46,276 nucleotides of DNA from a virus (IMGVR_UViG_3300017700_000470:1-46276), one strand, 5' to 3'; shown: positions 1 to 9,062, counted from the first letter of the stretch. Numbers and translations: made by a program. Notes: a model not told the origin generated them from the sequence alone.

Positions 1-123
1 GCACATAGCCATTTTTCTCGTGCAGTTGAAATACCGGGTCCTGCTTGATAAGTTCGGCGTTTTCGGCGGAGATGGCGGTAATCACCGCGCCGTCTGGCGT
101 GATGAAGTTTTTATCTGCCACGC
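1..123. repeat. 123-bp terminal direct repeat (assembly overlap of a circular contig), copy 1
   Basis: Identical to 46154-46276 and lies inside a coding gene. Confidence 0.97.
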
Positions 124-250
124 CTGCACCGCCGTTGACGATGACGGACCCGACGATGGGCTTTGTGCCGCCTTCGACAGCCTCACCGTACAGGTTGTAC
201 TGCACGGCACTGGACAGCAGGGAGTAGACGTAAAGTTGTTTACCAGACAT
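1..250 (-). CDS. 5' part of a ~146-aa head-associated protein downstream of MCP (continues across the junction to 45963)
   Basis: ATG at 250 with an upstream SD (AAGGA); MSGKQLYVYSLLSSAVQYNLYG...NGGAGVADKNFITPDG is in frame with ORF 45963..46274. Confidence 0.85.
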   Translation of the reverse strand, partial: MSGKQLYVYSLLSSAVQYNLYGEAVEGGTKPIVGSVIVNGGAGVADKNFITPDGAVITAISAENAELIKQDPVFQLHEKNGYV

Positions 251-274
251 GATTGTTTCCTTGAGGTTGTCGGC

Positions 275-1375
275 TTAGATGCCGGAGAGACGTTGAACCG
301 CGTACGGGCGTTTGACCATGACGCCTGCGGTAGCGTTGGTCATGTCTTCCACGTAGCCCTTGGCGAGCTTTTCCACGCCCAGCATCTGGAATTTGGCGGG
401 CACCATCTGCACCCACACGCGGCCATCATCAGACGTTGCGCCGTCTTCGATGCGCTCGGGGTACATGTAGGCCACGTTGGCCCCGCCGTTGGCAAGGTTC
501 AACTCGGGGGCCGACACGAACCGCAGACCCGGGTAGGTTTCCTTGGCCCACTGGCGCACGCTGTTACCGTAGGTGCTGGTGACACCAAGGTATTCAATGA
601 CGTTGGTAGCCAACGCCATGGTGAATTTGGCCGTTTCCGGGTCAAAGTTGTCGCCGGTAGCGGAACGCAGACGGGCAACCATGGAGCGGATATCCGCCGT
701 GATTTCCAGAAAGGTTTTGGTGGCCCACGTCACGCCGCCCACGCCGGTAGCTGCCGTCACGTAGGCCGGAAGGCTCGGGTCATTCAGGAAACCGTAGGTG
801 CGGTTGGTGCCGCCGTTGTAGCCGTAGAAACCGATGCGGTTACGCTCAACGTCCAGCGACAGCACGGCGCTTGCACGCTTTTCGCTTGCCGTGCTGACCT
901 TGATGCGGGCCGCGCGCGCCTCTTCCAGAATGCCAACGCGAAAGCCCTGTTCAAAGCGAACCACCGTGCGGCGTTCCCATGCCAGATTCCAGCTTGACAA
1001 CGGGATGTTGCCAAGGTCGGTGTAGGGGACGGCCTTGCCGGTATTTTCCAGCATGCCTTGGATGATTTCTTCATCTTCCCACGAGCCGACGGTAGACACG
1101 CCGATAAGCTCGTCAATCTTGCGCGCTTGCGTCAGGACGTGCACGAGGCCGGGGAGCCACGTTTGCAGGAACTGCACCGGGGTGGCAATGCTGGCCGTGG
1201 TGACAAGGCCTTGCGTGTCATCCATACCAAAGGCCTTCATCATCTGGCGCACGCGTTGCGGCGGGATGTTGATGCCCAGACGGGTAAGCTCCTGATAGTG
1301 CGCCGCGTCTTCCGCCGTGAAGGCAACGCGCTTGGCACGCGGGCCAACGTAGGAAAGTTCTTTAGAAGCGTTCAT
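275..1375 (-). CDS. Major capsid protein (HK97 fold, DUF2184-like)
   Basis: 366 aa; follows the protease and decoration genes; RIGFYG, YGFLNDP and TAGVMVKRPYAV motifs typical of Bcep781-like MCPs. Confidence 0.9.
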   Translation of the reverse strand: MNASKELSYVGPRAKRVAFTAEDAAHYQELTRLGINIPPQRVRQMMKAFGMDDTQGLVTTASIATPVQFLQTWLPGLVHVLTQARKIDELIGVSTVGSWEDEEIIQGMLENTGKAVPYTDLGNIPLSSWNLAWERRTVVRFEQGFRVGILEEARAARIKVSTASEKRASAVLSLDVERNRIGFYGYNGGTNRTYGFLNDPSLPAYVTAATGVGGVTWATKTFLEITADIRSMVARLRSATGDNFDPETAKFTMALATNVIEYLGVTSTYGNSVRQWAKETYPGLRFVSAPELNLANGGANVAYMYPERIEDGATSDDGRVWVQMVPAKFQMLGVEKLAKGYVEDMTNATAGVMVKRPYAVQRLSGI

Positions 1376-1391
1376 GATGTTTCAGCCTTTT

Positions 1392-2063
1392 TTAGTTGGT
1401 CAGTTCCAGCACGGCCAAGCCTGCGGCGGCATTGGGGTAGCGGATGAATTTGGAATTGGGGATGGCCGCTTCACCACCGCCCGGGGCACCAACGCCAATA
1501 ACGCCGGTTGTGGTGTTGTACTTGGCGGCGGCACCGATAGCCACGGCTGCAGGGGCGGCCACGATGATGGCACCCATGTAGACGAACTCACCGACCGTAC
1601 CGGTGGGCACCAGCAGGGTAGGGGCCAACGCGTTACCGGCAGTACCGGCGGTGCTGTATTCCTTGGGGCTGGACAGGACGCCACCGATGGCCCCCGTGCC
1701 GCCCGGCTGTGCCGTGCCTGCAGCGTCCAGCGTGAACCAGCGGCCAATCATGATATCTGCCGCCGTACCGTGGTTGATGATGGCAGGCTGTGAGCGAAGC
1801 GGGCCCTCAAAGGCCAGTTCACCGATGACGCCGAAACCCAGCGTAGCACCTACCGTGCTTTGAAACGCGTTCAACAGCAGGCCGCCGCGCGCCATGTAGC
1901 CCCGCAGAGCTTCACCGGTAGCGGCCTTGGCTTGCGCCATGACCACACCGACATGGTAGTAGGTGAGCGTGGCCGCACGCTGCACCGGGGCAACGACAGC
2001 GGGGGCCGCCGCAGCCATCAGGCTTGTAACCGCAGCCAAAGAGGAGAGGAAGGATTTTTTCAT
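1392..2063 (-). CDS. Capsid decoration/cement protein with an extended N-terminal leader
   Basis: Lies between protease and MCP; core begins near FQSTVG..GFGVIGELAFEGP; strong SD (TAAGGAG) before ATG 2063. Confidence 0.75.
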   Translation of the reverse strand: MKKSFLSSLAAVTSLMAAAAPAVVAPVQRAATLTYYHVGVVMAQAKAATGEALRGYMARGGLLLNAFQSTVGATLGFGVIGELAFEGPLRSQPAIINHGTAADIMIGRWFTLDAAGTAQPGGTGAIGGVLSSPKEYSTAGTAGNALAPTLLVPTGTVGEFVYMGAIIVAAPAAVAIGAAAKYNTTTGVIGVGAPGGGEAAIPNSKFIRYPNAAAGLAVLELTN

Positions 2064-2075
2064 GATGTGCGCTCC

Positions 2076-3266
2076 TTATTCAGCGTCAGCGGTTGCAAGA
2101 AACTTGGACACGAAAGCGCCCGGCGTGGCTGGTGCAGCGTCCATGGCGTCAGCCATGCGCACCGTGGATTCAACCGGACGGTTGGTCAGGTAGGCATCCA
2201 GCGCAATCAATTCGCTGCCCTTGGGCGTGGTGAGCTTGAGCTTCTCCACACCGTAGACGGCAACTTCCTGCAACGTCTTGTCAGCAGCGTCAAACGTGCC
2301 GATGTGCGGTGCGAGGCGCTTCACGAGGCCATCACGTTGGGCAATCTCGCCGATAGCGGATTTGTTGCCGCCGTCCTTGATGGCTTGCACCGTACCGGCC
2401 AGAGCGGTGACGGATGCGGCCATGGTCTTGATAGCGGCGTCCATGCCCGCGATGGCTGCGGCGGTTTCCTTGTCGGCAGCAACAGCAGGATGCACGGGCG
2501 GTTTGCCGTCGGAGGGTTCGCCGGGCTTGCCGTCTACAACCACGTCGGTATCAGCGGGCGGAGCCTTCACGCCAATTTTGGCAACGGCCTCATTGAGCGC
2601 GGCCAACTGTGGGCCAATCTCGCCAAGGGTTGCGGTGATTTCCTCAAGGGAAAGAGCCTTTTTTGCGGGCGGTGCGTTGTCTTTTGGGTCGGCCATGATG
2701 GCATCCTTTAAATCAAAAGTGAATGTGAAAGTCTGGTCCATCACGGCCACCTCTGGCCCCATGCGTCCCTCTGGTACAAGGGCAACATGGTTACCCCTGA
2801 TTTGCCGCTGTATCGCGTCATAGGGTTGGCCTTCAAAAGCGCCTCCCACCATTTCATAAATACAGCGGTAACCTGCAGACAGTTCGCGCACCCCTGCGTC
2901 TACTTTTGCCTGCAAGAAATTTGAAAACATTTTGAGGTTACCACGCAACCAACCATCTTTGTAGTAAACCTCATCGCCAATCACACCGTGCACGCCCTTG
3001 GATTCCGCAGGCATTGCGGTTGGGCTTTCCTGCATGGCCTTGGGGCCTAGCATGGTGTGCTCATCAATGATGGGCATCAGGCGAAAACTGTTCACGCAAT
3101 CCGGGTGCCCTAGCTCTTCCGCCGGGCGGTAGACGCGGTAAACCTTGGTGGCGTCGTCTCCGGTCAAACCCAGTTGACGCCCCAAGTACGGGAACACGCC
3201 TACCCGGGACAAAGGGTTTCCCTTTATCTCGTAGTAGCCGTTATCGTCGTACTGGCGTGCGCTCAT
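2076..3266 (-). CDS. Prohead protease/scaffold (DUF2213-like)
   Basis: SRVGVFPYLG, VYRPAEEL, ELSAGY and NHVALVPEGRMG motifs; low-complexity scaffold-like C-terminal half. Confidence 0.9.
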   Translation of the reverse strand: MSARQYDDNGYYEIKGNPLSRVGVFPYLGRQLGLTGDDATKVYRVYRPAEELGHPDCVNSFRLMPIIDEHTMLGPKAMQESPTAMPAESKGVHGVIGDEVYYKDGWLRGNLKMFSNFLQAKVDAGVRELSAGYRCIYEMVGGAFEGQPYDAIQRQIRGNHVALVPEGRMGPEVAVMDQTFTFTFDLKDAIMADPKDNAPPAKKALSLEEITATLGEIGPQLAALNEAVAKIGVKAPPADTDVVVDGKPGEPSDGKPPVHPAVAADKETAAAIAGMDAAIKTMAASVTALAGTVQAIKDGGNKSAIGEIAQRDGLVKRLAPHIGTFDAADKTLQEVAVYGVEKLKLTTPKGSELIALDAYLTNRPVESTVRMADAMDAAPATPGAFVSKFLATADAE

Positions 3267-4135
3267 GACTTTGGTTTATTCCATTGAAACACGGGTGACA
3301 TTGTGCACCTACAGTTTACTGCATCACCCGGGATGCCTGTTTCGCCGGTATTCTCATCTATTACCGGGAGGTCGTCAAATGAATAAATATTGCCGTCCAT
3401 TTCAACATGCAGCGGGCGGGGGTGCGCGCCGCCTCCGCTGTGGTGCCATTGAAATTGCTTGACGCCTATTGCCGTCATACGCTCACGGTTGATACCGTTG
3501 TATACCTTGCGCGTCTGGTCTAGCGCAATGTTCTTGGCGCGGCGGTGGGTTTGCCCCTCGTACTGTTCGAGCGCCGGAACCAAATCCTGTAGACCGTTGC
3601 CGCTGGTAATTGAACGCATCACCGCACCTTGCACGTCCTGCAGGTACTTGGCCGCTATCGACTTGATGAGGCTGACGTTCATAGCCACGCTTGCCTTATA
3701 AATGTCTACAAGGTCAGGCGTTATGAGCGAAGTCTTGAGCGACATTCCGCCGGATAGCTTTTGCATGCTGGAGTGAAGCGCGGTCTTGCTGGCCTTGGTG
3801 TTGCCCTCTACCATGCGCTCCGCAATGGGCTTGGCGTGCTTGGCAAACAGTGCGTTGAATCGGTCGGACAGGGAGTTAACCAAAATGCGCGATTGGCTGG
3901 ATATGCTGGCGTCCGTGGCAAAGAACGTCACCGCCGCCGGGTCCTTGAATAGCCGCGTTATCTCACGCGTGCATTGCCGCGTCATTTGCGTGACAAGCGC
4001 GTTTATCTCCCGGTAGTAGCGCTCCTCTACGCCTGCGGGCGGCTGCAGTACGGTTCCCTTGAGCGTCACGGATTCCCGCGCGTCTACGTAGGCCTGCCGC
4101 TTTTTGGTCAACAAAGGGCCGCGCTTTTTAACCAC
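3263..4135 (-). CDS. Head morphogenesis protein (SPP1 gp7 / Mu gpF family)
   Basis: RAKNIALDQT, W-H...RPLH and PG..VNCRC motifs; follows the portal. Confidence 0.9.
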   Translation of the reverse strand: MVKKRGPLLTKKRQAYVDARESVTLKGTVLQPPAGVEERYYREINALVTQMTRQCTREITRLFKDPAAVTFFATDASISSQSRILVNSLSDRFNALFAKHAKPIAERMVEGNTKASKTALHSSMQKLSGGMSLKTSLITPDLVDIYKASVAMNVSLIKSIAAKYLQDVQGAVMRSITSGNGLQDLVPALEQYEGQTHRRAKNIALDQTRKVYNGINRERMTAIGVKQFQWHHSGGGAHPRPLHVEMDGNIYSFDDLPVIDENTGETGIPGDAVNCRCTMSPVFQWNKPKS

Positions 4136-5936
4136 GCTGCACCACCGCGTTTACGTAGTCGCTGTCCGTGTAGTCGCCTTCAACGAACACCGGCATATTG
4201 CCGCTACGGAGCGCGGCCTGCAGCGAGTGGTGCCCGTCAATGATGACGCGTACCCGCTTGCCTGCAGACGTGATGAACTCCGGCGATATCTGCACGGTAA
4301 AGTCACGCTCCACCAGCTTGGCCGCTACGATGGCGTCATCTATGTAGGTCTGGTTGGTGATAAGTTCCGCCTCCGCATAGCAACCCGTCGCAACGTCAAA
4401 CAGTGAGGCGTCCATGCTGACCGTGGGGCCGGGCGTTACGAGCGGGTCCGCGTTGCTCACTTCCGCAAGGCCCGTGTAGCCGCTTTCCTTGTCCCCGCGT
4501 AGACGGTCCCGCGCGTCCATGCCGTCAATAGCGCCCGCTTCCATGAGCGCCTTGTCCGTCTCCGCCTTGAGCTTGTTCGTCTCCGCCTGTTCCTTGCTGG
4601 TCGGCACGTCCAGCGGGCTCCAAACAATCGACACGTCAAAAGGCGCAACACCCAGCGCCGGGGCAATCTCGCTGCGGATAAGGCAAATGTGGTGCCGGTT
4701 TACGAGCGGTTCCATGTCGTTGGTCTGCACGGACTCTAGGGACTCGTGGTAGGTTTCCGTGTCGTACTCACCTGTAGCGTTCATGCCCTTTACGCTCGTG
4801 CCCATCAGTTTGGTTACCGGCATTTCCGCGATAGCCGCACAGATTTGGTATTGATTCATAACCACCGCGTCTACGTCGGTAAGCGTGGTGTCGTGCTGGT
4901 CAATCTTGTCCCCCGTGCCCGCTACCTTGATAGCCATGTTGTCCCGGAACCGCGCCCACGCTAAGAGCTTTTCAACAAACTTGCCTTCATTGGCTACGGC
5001 CTTGTCCATGTCCGTATACAGAATGGTGCTGCGTTTGGTCATCGTGAGGATAGGCACCTCGTTTGCTGTGCGCTCTGCAGCGTAGGCACGCTCCCACATT
5101 TGCTGTGGTATCGACAGGCCTGCATACATGTAGGAGGGTTTCAGCACGTCCGTTACTTCCGGTCCGGTCATGATGACAAGGTGCGTGTGATGGTAGCGGC
5201 GGCCATTGATAATCCACCATGTCGGCTGATAGAACATCGCGTCCGTTGGGTCCGCCGCGCTACGTTCGGACAACTCCGGCGAACACCAATAGGGGTCTAC
5301 CTGCACGATGCCGCGATAACTGCCGGGCCGGATGCCATCAGGGTTGAACGGTTGTTCATAGTAAAGCGGGTCCGGGCTTTCCACCTTGAAAAGCGCAATG
5401 CGTATACCGAACACGCGGCCCATTTTCACGAACTCTACACACTGCTGACGCAATCCGTATTTCTTATCCGCCACAGCAATGCGGTGGGCTACCTTGGCCT
5501 CAAGTTCCTCCCCGTCCGCACTGACCAAGGTGTAGCCGTTGCGCGCCGCGTCACGCGCGGGCACCTCACACGCCCGGTTGACAAGCCAGTGTTGCGCGAT
5601 GAGGCCGCACACTTGGAAGCCAAGGAACGAGTAGGACGCAAACCAATTAAGGGCAATCTCGGGGATGGTGTCACGCGCCAAGCTGTAGGCACCTTTGGCC
5701 CGCGATAGCAAGCCGGTGGCGTCGTCCATGGCGAACGTCCCGCCCGGCTTGCCTACGCGCATGTGCTCATGGGGCGTCTTGCGGAACGCGCGTTTAACGG
5801 CGCTCTCGTGCAGCGTGGTGGCCTCCGCGTCCATGGCGTCCCGGTCATACCCGGCTATCAGTTCAAACCCGGTTGCCTTGGGTGGTGTGGCTGCGGTGGT
5901 GCGTGCAGGGCGGGCGGGTTTGGTGAAGGGCCACAT
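4128..5936 (-). CDS. Portal protein (DUF1073-like) with a C-terminal ParB/Srx-like extension
   Basis: Follows terL; P.TKLMG.S.KGMNATGE.D motif; extra ~95 aa containing IIDGHHSLQAA. Confidence 0.9.
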   Translation of the reverse strand: MWPFTKPARPARTTAATPPKATGFELIAGYDRDAMDAEATTLHESAVKRAFRKTPHEHMRVGKPGGTFAMDDATGLLSRAKGAYSLARDTIPEIALNWFASYSFLGFQVCGLIAQHWLVNRACEVPARDAARNGYTLVSADGEELEAKVAHRIAVADKKYGLRQQCVEFVKMGRVFGIRIALFKVESPDPLYYEQPFNPDGIRPGSYRGIVQVDPYWCSPELSERSAADPTDAMFYQPTWWIINGRRYHHTHLVIMTGPEVTDVLKPSYMYAGLSIPQQMWERAYAAERTANEVPILTMTKRSTILYTDMDKAVANEGKFVEKLLAWARFRDNMAIKVAGTGDKIDQHDTTLTDVDAVVMNQYQICAAIAEMPVTKLMGTSVKGMNATGEYDTETYHESLESVQTNDMEPLVNRHHICLIRSEIAPALGVAPFDVSIVWSPLDVPTSKEQAETNKLKAETDKALMEAGAIDGMDARDRLRGDKESGYTGLAEVSNADPLVTPGPTVSMDASLFDVATGCYAEAELITNQTYIDDAIVAAKLVERDFTVQISPEFITSAGKRVRVIIDGHHSLQAALRSGNMPVFVEGDYTDSDYVNAVVQRG

Positions 5937-5949
5937 GGGTAAACCTCAA

Positions 5950-7593
5950 TTAATCGTCAAAGATAGAGCGCGGGACTTTTTCGGACGGGGCAAACACAAT
6001 CATGCAAGCGTCCCCGCGATTGGGCGAACGGCTACCGTCCGGTTGCTTGTTGATGATGATTTTACCCGCGCCGTTCTGAGTGTAGGTAGGTTGCGACAAT
6101 TCTGCAATCAGTAGCGCGAGGTCCGGCATGCGTGACGACAGGCTAATAAGGCTGTCCGGGTCGTACTCGTGAAGCTCCGTTACTGCACGGTAGGTGCGTT
6201 GAAACCTCACGCGCAAGTCCCACCACCCTTGTGCTTTGTGGTTGGCGAAAAAATCCTCATTGGTCCGCTCCGCCGCGTCGTTGTATTCCATGGGTACGGC
6301 GGTTGGGATAGCTAGCTCAGGGTTTACGATTTTGCCGGAGCCACGGAACGGCATGGCCTCCGCCTTACCCACGGTGCCCCATGTCTCGTGCGTATACGGT
6401 GCGTGTTCGTTTATCTTGCGTGAGTCGCCCCGAACGCCTGCGCCCATGCCGTCCGCATCGTAGCGAAACTCTTTGTAGCCTTGAGCGTGGCAAATGGCGT
6501 GCGACTTTTCAACGCTGCCGTAAATGTCGTCGCCCTTGCCGCTCCACTCCTCCATGAACTCAAGCAGGATGCCATGCGCACCAGCAAAGGCGCACGAGTC
6601 TTGCCCCTCGTCCGCCACGTCCATAGCGCCACGGCGTTGGCCGGTGGGCTTGATGCCTAGCTTTACGTGCGCGTCTACGGCGGCCTGTATCCACGCCTGC
6701 GGGATGACCACACCGGTAACCGATGCATTCATGTCCATGTCAATCTCTTGCGCAACCGTCACCGCTGGTAGTTCGTCCTTTTGCTTTTGATACCACGCCT
6801 CATCCTTGCGCGGGTCGTCTCGCCAACTGAATGCAAACTTTTCTATTTTTGGGTTGGTGAGCTTGCGCGCAAACGGATTGTTGGGGCCGTTCAGGCTCGA
6901 TACATCTAATCGGCAATTGGTAGTTGCGCTCAATGAGTCTTCTGCCAGTGCTGGCCGCTCAAGGTGGGCCGATTCGTCTACAACGTAGTAGGTTGTTCGG
7001 TCGCCCCGTCCGATATTGTCGCCTGCTTCGCCTGTTATCACACTGCCGGTTGCAGGGAACTTCAAGCGCATAAAGGGCGCGTCTGTCTTTTCAAGCCACC
7101 CGTTACGAAAGTCCACCGGCAGTAACCGCATGAACATGCGCGCCTTGTAGAACAGCGATTTAGGGCTGTCCAGTTTGTCTACGTACTCCTCCTTACGTGA
7201 CCCGAAGCCAACTACAACGCCCTCATTGAACAGGCATTGTGTGCAGGCCAGCCCCACCATGCACCAGCTAATGCCCACGTCGCGCGACTTGGGTACGACT
7301 CCGGGCGCGCCCTCTTGCACCTTGCGCAACACGAACTGCAGGAACTCAATCTGCCGGGGGAACAACAGGAACGGCAAGGTAGCGGGTAACCCCATCGGCG
7401 GTAAGCGCGGGTCAAACGTGCAGCCCCAATCAATGATGAACTGTATGGGGTTGTCCTTGTAGAACATCTTGGCCGCAGCCATCAGGCTAGGGTCCTTGCG
7501 CAACACCTGCAACTTGTCCAGCCGGTGCTGAAAGACTGCCGCGTAGTCGGGCTTGCGGAAGTCGTGGGGGAAATGTAGACGCGGCTCAATCAT
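5950..7593 (-). CDS. terL: Terminase large subunit
   Basis: KSRDVGISW (variant Walker A), VVDESAH (Walker B), MDVADEGQD and RSPNRGDA nuclease motifs. Confidence 0.93.
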   Translation of the reverse strand: MIEPRLHFPHDFRKPDYAAVFQHRLDKLQVLRKDPSLMAAAKMFYKDNPIQFIIDWGCTFDPRLPPMGLPATLPFLLFPRQIEFLQFVLRKVQEGAPGVVPKSRDVGISWCMVGLACTQCLFNEGVVVGFGSRKEEYVDKLDSPKSLFYKARMFMRLLPVDFRNGWLEKTDAPFMRLKFPATGSVITGEAGDNIGRGDRTTYYVVDESAHLERPALAEDSLSATTNCRLDVSSLNGPNNPFARKLTNPKIEKFAFSWRDDPRKDEAWYQKQKDELPAVTVAQEIDMDMNASVTGVVIPQAWIQAAVDAHVKLGIKPTGQRRGAMDVADEGQDSCAFAGAHGILLEFMEEWSGKGDDIYGSVEKSHAICHAQGYKEFRYDADGMGAGVRGDSRKINEHAPYTHETWGTVGKAEAMPFRGSGKIVNPELAIPTAVPMEYNDAAERTNEDFFANHKAQGWWDLRVRFQRTYRAVTELHEYDPDSLISLSSRMPDLALLIAELSQPTYTQNGAGKIIINKQPDGSRSPNRGDACMIVFAPSEKVPRSIFDD

Positions 7594-8366
7594 GTTGGGG
7601 CTTTGCCTTCCATAAGGGCGGCGTAAATCTTTGCCGCGTCTTGCGCGTCTACCGGTAGCGTGACGTTTACGCTAGCCGTCTTGATGGGTCCGCCGCCGGG
7701 GCCGCTGTGCTCCCTGCGCTCCACGAACGCACCGGACATTTTGGCGAGCGTTTGCCACGCTTCCATCTGGCTGTGCAGTTGAACCTCTATACCGTACTTG
7801 GTGTACTTGGCCCCGGCATAAAGTTTACGCGCACGCGGCGATAGCTTGCGGGTGTCCGCTAGATGCACGTCGCGCGTACCGTCCCCCCGGCACTTGGGGC
7901 ACTCAGGGTGCGGCGGTAGCGTGTGGTTCCAGTCGGTGCCGCCTTCACACGTCAACGGCGGTGCTTGCGGGTCTATGCTGTATTGCTCCATGGCGGCCTG
8001 TGCGTATTCGTCGGGCTCCCATTGGTACGCATGGCCCACGCCGTGGCAGTAGCGGCAACAGAGCGTACGCACCGCAACCACGTCGTTGGGGTCAGCTAGC
8101 GCGATATCCGCAAAGTGATTGAATATGTCCTGCGTTGTGATGCCGGTCTTTGCAACGTGCATTTGTAGACGCAAGTTAACCGCCTCCTGCACTAACGGGT
8201 CTGCTAGTAGCGCGGGAGCCTGACTGTGCGCGCTCTTTTTGCTATATCCAGCCTTTACGGCTATTTCTGTAGCGTTGGGTGTGCAAGGTACGCCATCCAC
8301 GAACATGGCATCCACGTACAACGATGCAAACAGCGCTTTTCTAGGGTTAACGTAGGTTACAGCCAT
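7590..8366 (-). CDS. terS: Terminase small subunit with a Zn-finger insert
   Basis: N-terminal HTH (NATEIAVKAGYSKKSA), CCRYCHG/CPKCRG, C-terminal EHSGPGGGPI; directly upstream of terL. Confidence 0.88.
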   Translation of the reverse strand: MAVTYVNPRKALFASLYVDAMFVDGVPCTPNATEIAVKAGYSKKSAHSQAPALLADPLVQEAVNLRLQMHVAKTGITTQDIFNHFADIALADPNDVVAVRTLCCRYCHGVGHAYQWEPDEYAQAAMEQYSIDPQAPPLTCEGGTDWNHTLPPHPECPKCRGDGTRDVHLADTRKLSPRARKLYAGAKYTKYGIEVQLHSQMEAWQTLAKMSGAFVERREHSGPGGGPIKTASVNVTLPVDAQDAAKIYAALMEGKAPT

Positions 8367-8606
8367 CTTTTACCCGTACTTTCGGTTAGTTACCCGGGGC
8401 GTCCGGTTAAGTTAAGTTGTTGATTCTATTATCTTTTATCTACTTTAACCGGATAACCGGAAATAAATACTGTAAGTGCAAATGCTATAGTAATAGGTAT
8501 AGTAGTAGTATACGCTCCTAACCCTAACCTATTACTATATTTATTTTGCTTCTGGATTTTTTCGCCTCCGGTTACCCGATTTACGGTTAAAAACCTATAC
8601 TAACCT
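8367..8606. promoter_or_regulatory. AT-rich divergent intergenic region with many GGTTA/TAACC repeats; candidate replication origin or late promoter
   Basis: Strong AT enrichment, repeated CGGTTA/TAACCG/TTACCCG in both orientations, strand switch point. Confidence 0.5.
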
Positions 8607-9029
8607 ATGCCTAATTCTATTGTTACCCGTAAATCGGCGCTAGCGTCTGGCGTCCTGACGTACTTCACGGGGGAGCCTTGCCGCAACGGCCACACCGCTG
8701 CACGCCGTACGGACAGTTGCGCTTGTGTGGAGTGCTTGAAGGCCAGCCGCACAGCCCACGCTTACCGCCTGAACGCTGCAGCGCGCGCCCGGGGCACCGG
8801 TAATGTGCTGTACCAATATTCCCACCACCCGGACGACGTGGCCGCCGTTCTAGCCTATAGCCAGTTGCTGGACGCCCAACGTGGCCGCGCACCGCAGGCA
8901 CCCACGCCACCAGCGCCGCCAAAGATGCGGGAGGCCACGCCGGAAGAGGTGGCGGAACTCATCCGGGAGCGTAACGAGCGCTTAGGCTTGCGGCGTCCGG
9001 AGCCTCCCCCGCGTGAGTGGATTCCCTAG
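8607..9029 (+). CDS. Hypothetical Zn-binding phage protein
   Basis: YFTGEPCRNGH...CACVEC motif common in phage proteins. Confidence 0.65.
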   Translation: MPNSIVTRKSALASGVLTYFTGEPCRNGHTAARRTDSCACVECLKASRTAHAYRLNAAARARGTGNVLYQYSHHPDDVAAVLAYSQLLDAQRGRAPQAPTPPAPPKMREATPEEVAELIRERNERLGLRRPEPPPREWIP

Positions 9030-9033
9030 GTAG

Positions 9034-9062
9034 TTGACGGCCCCGTTAACTGGTGGTAGCAT
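9034..9062 (+). promoter_or_regulatory. Sigma70-type promoter overlapped by class A palindrome TTGACG-N3-CCGTTAA
   Basis: TTGACG, 17-bp spacer, TAGCAT. Confidence 0.7.

Noticed and set aside
1-123. Terminal repeat as a biological DTR
   Set aside because: It interrupts a coding gene that reads through the junction, which fits an assembler overlap on a circularly permuted genome
20-997. 325-aa plus-strand ORF
   Set aside because: Antisense shadow of the MCP in GC-rich DNA; no SD or motifs
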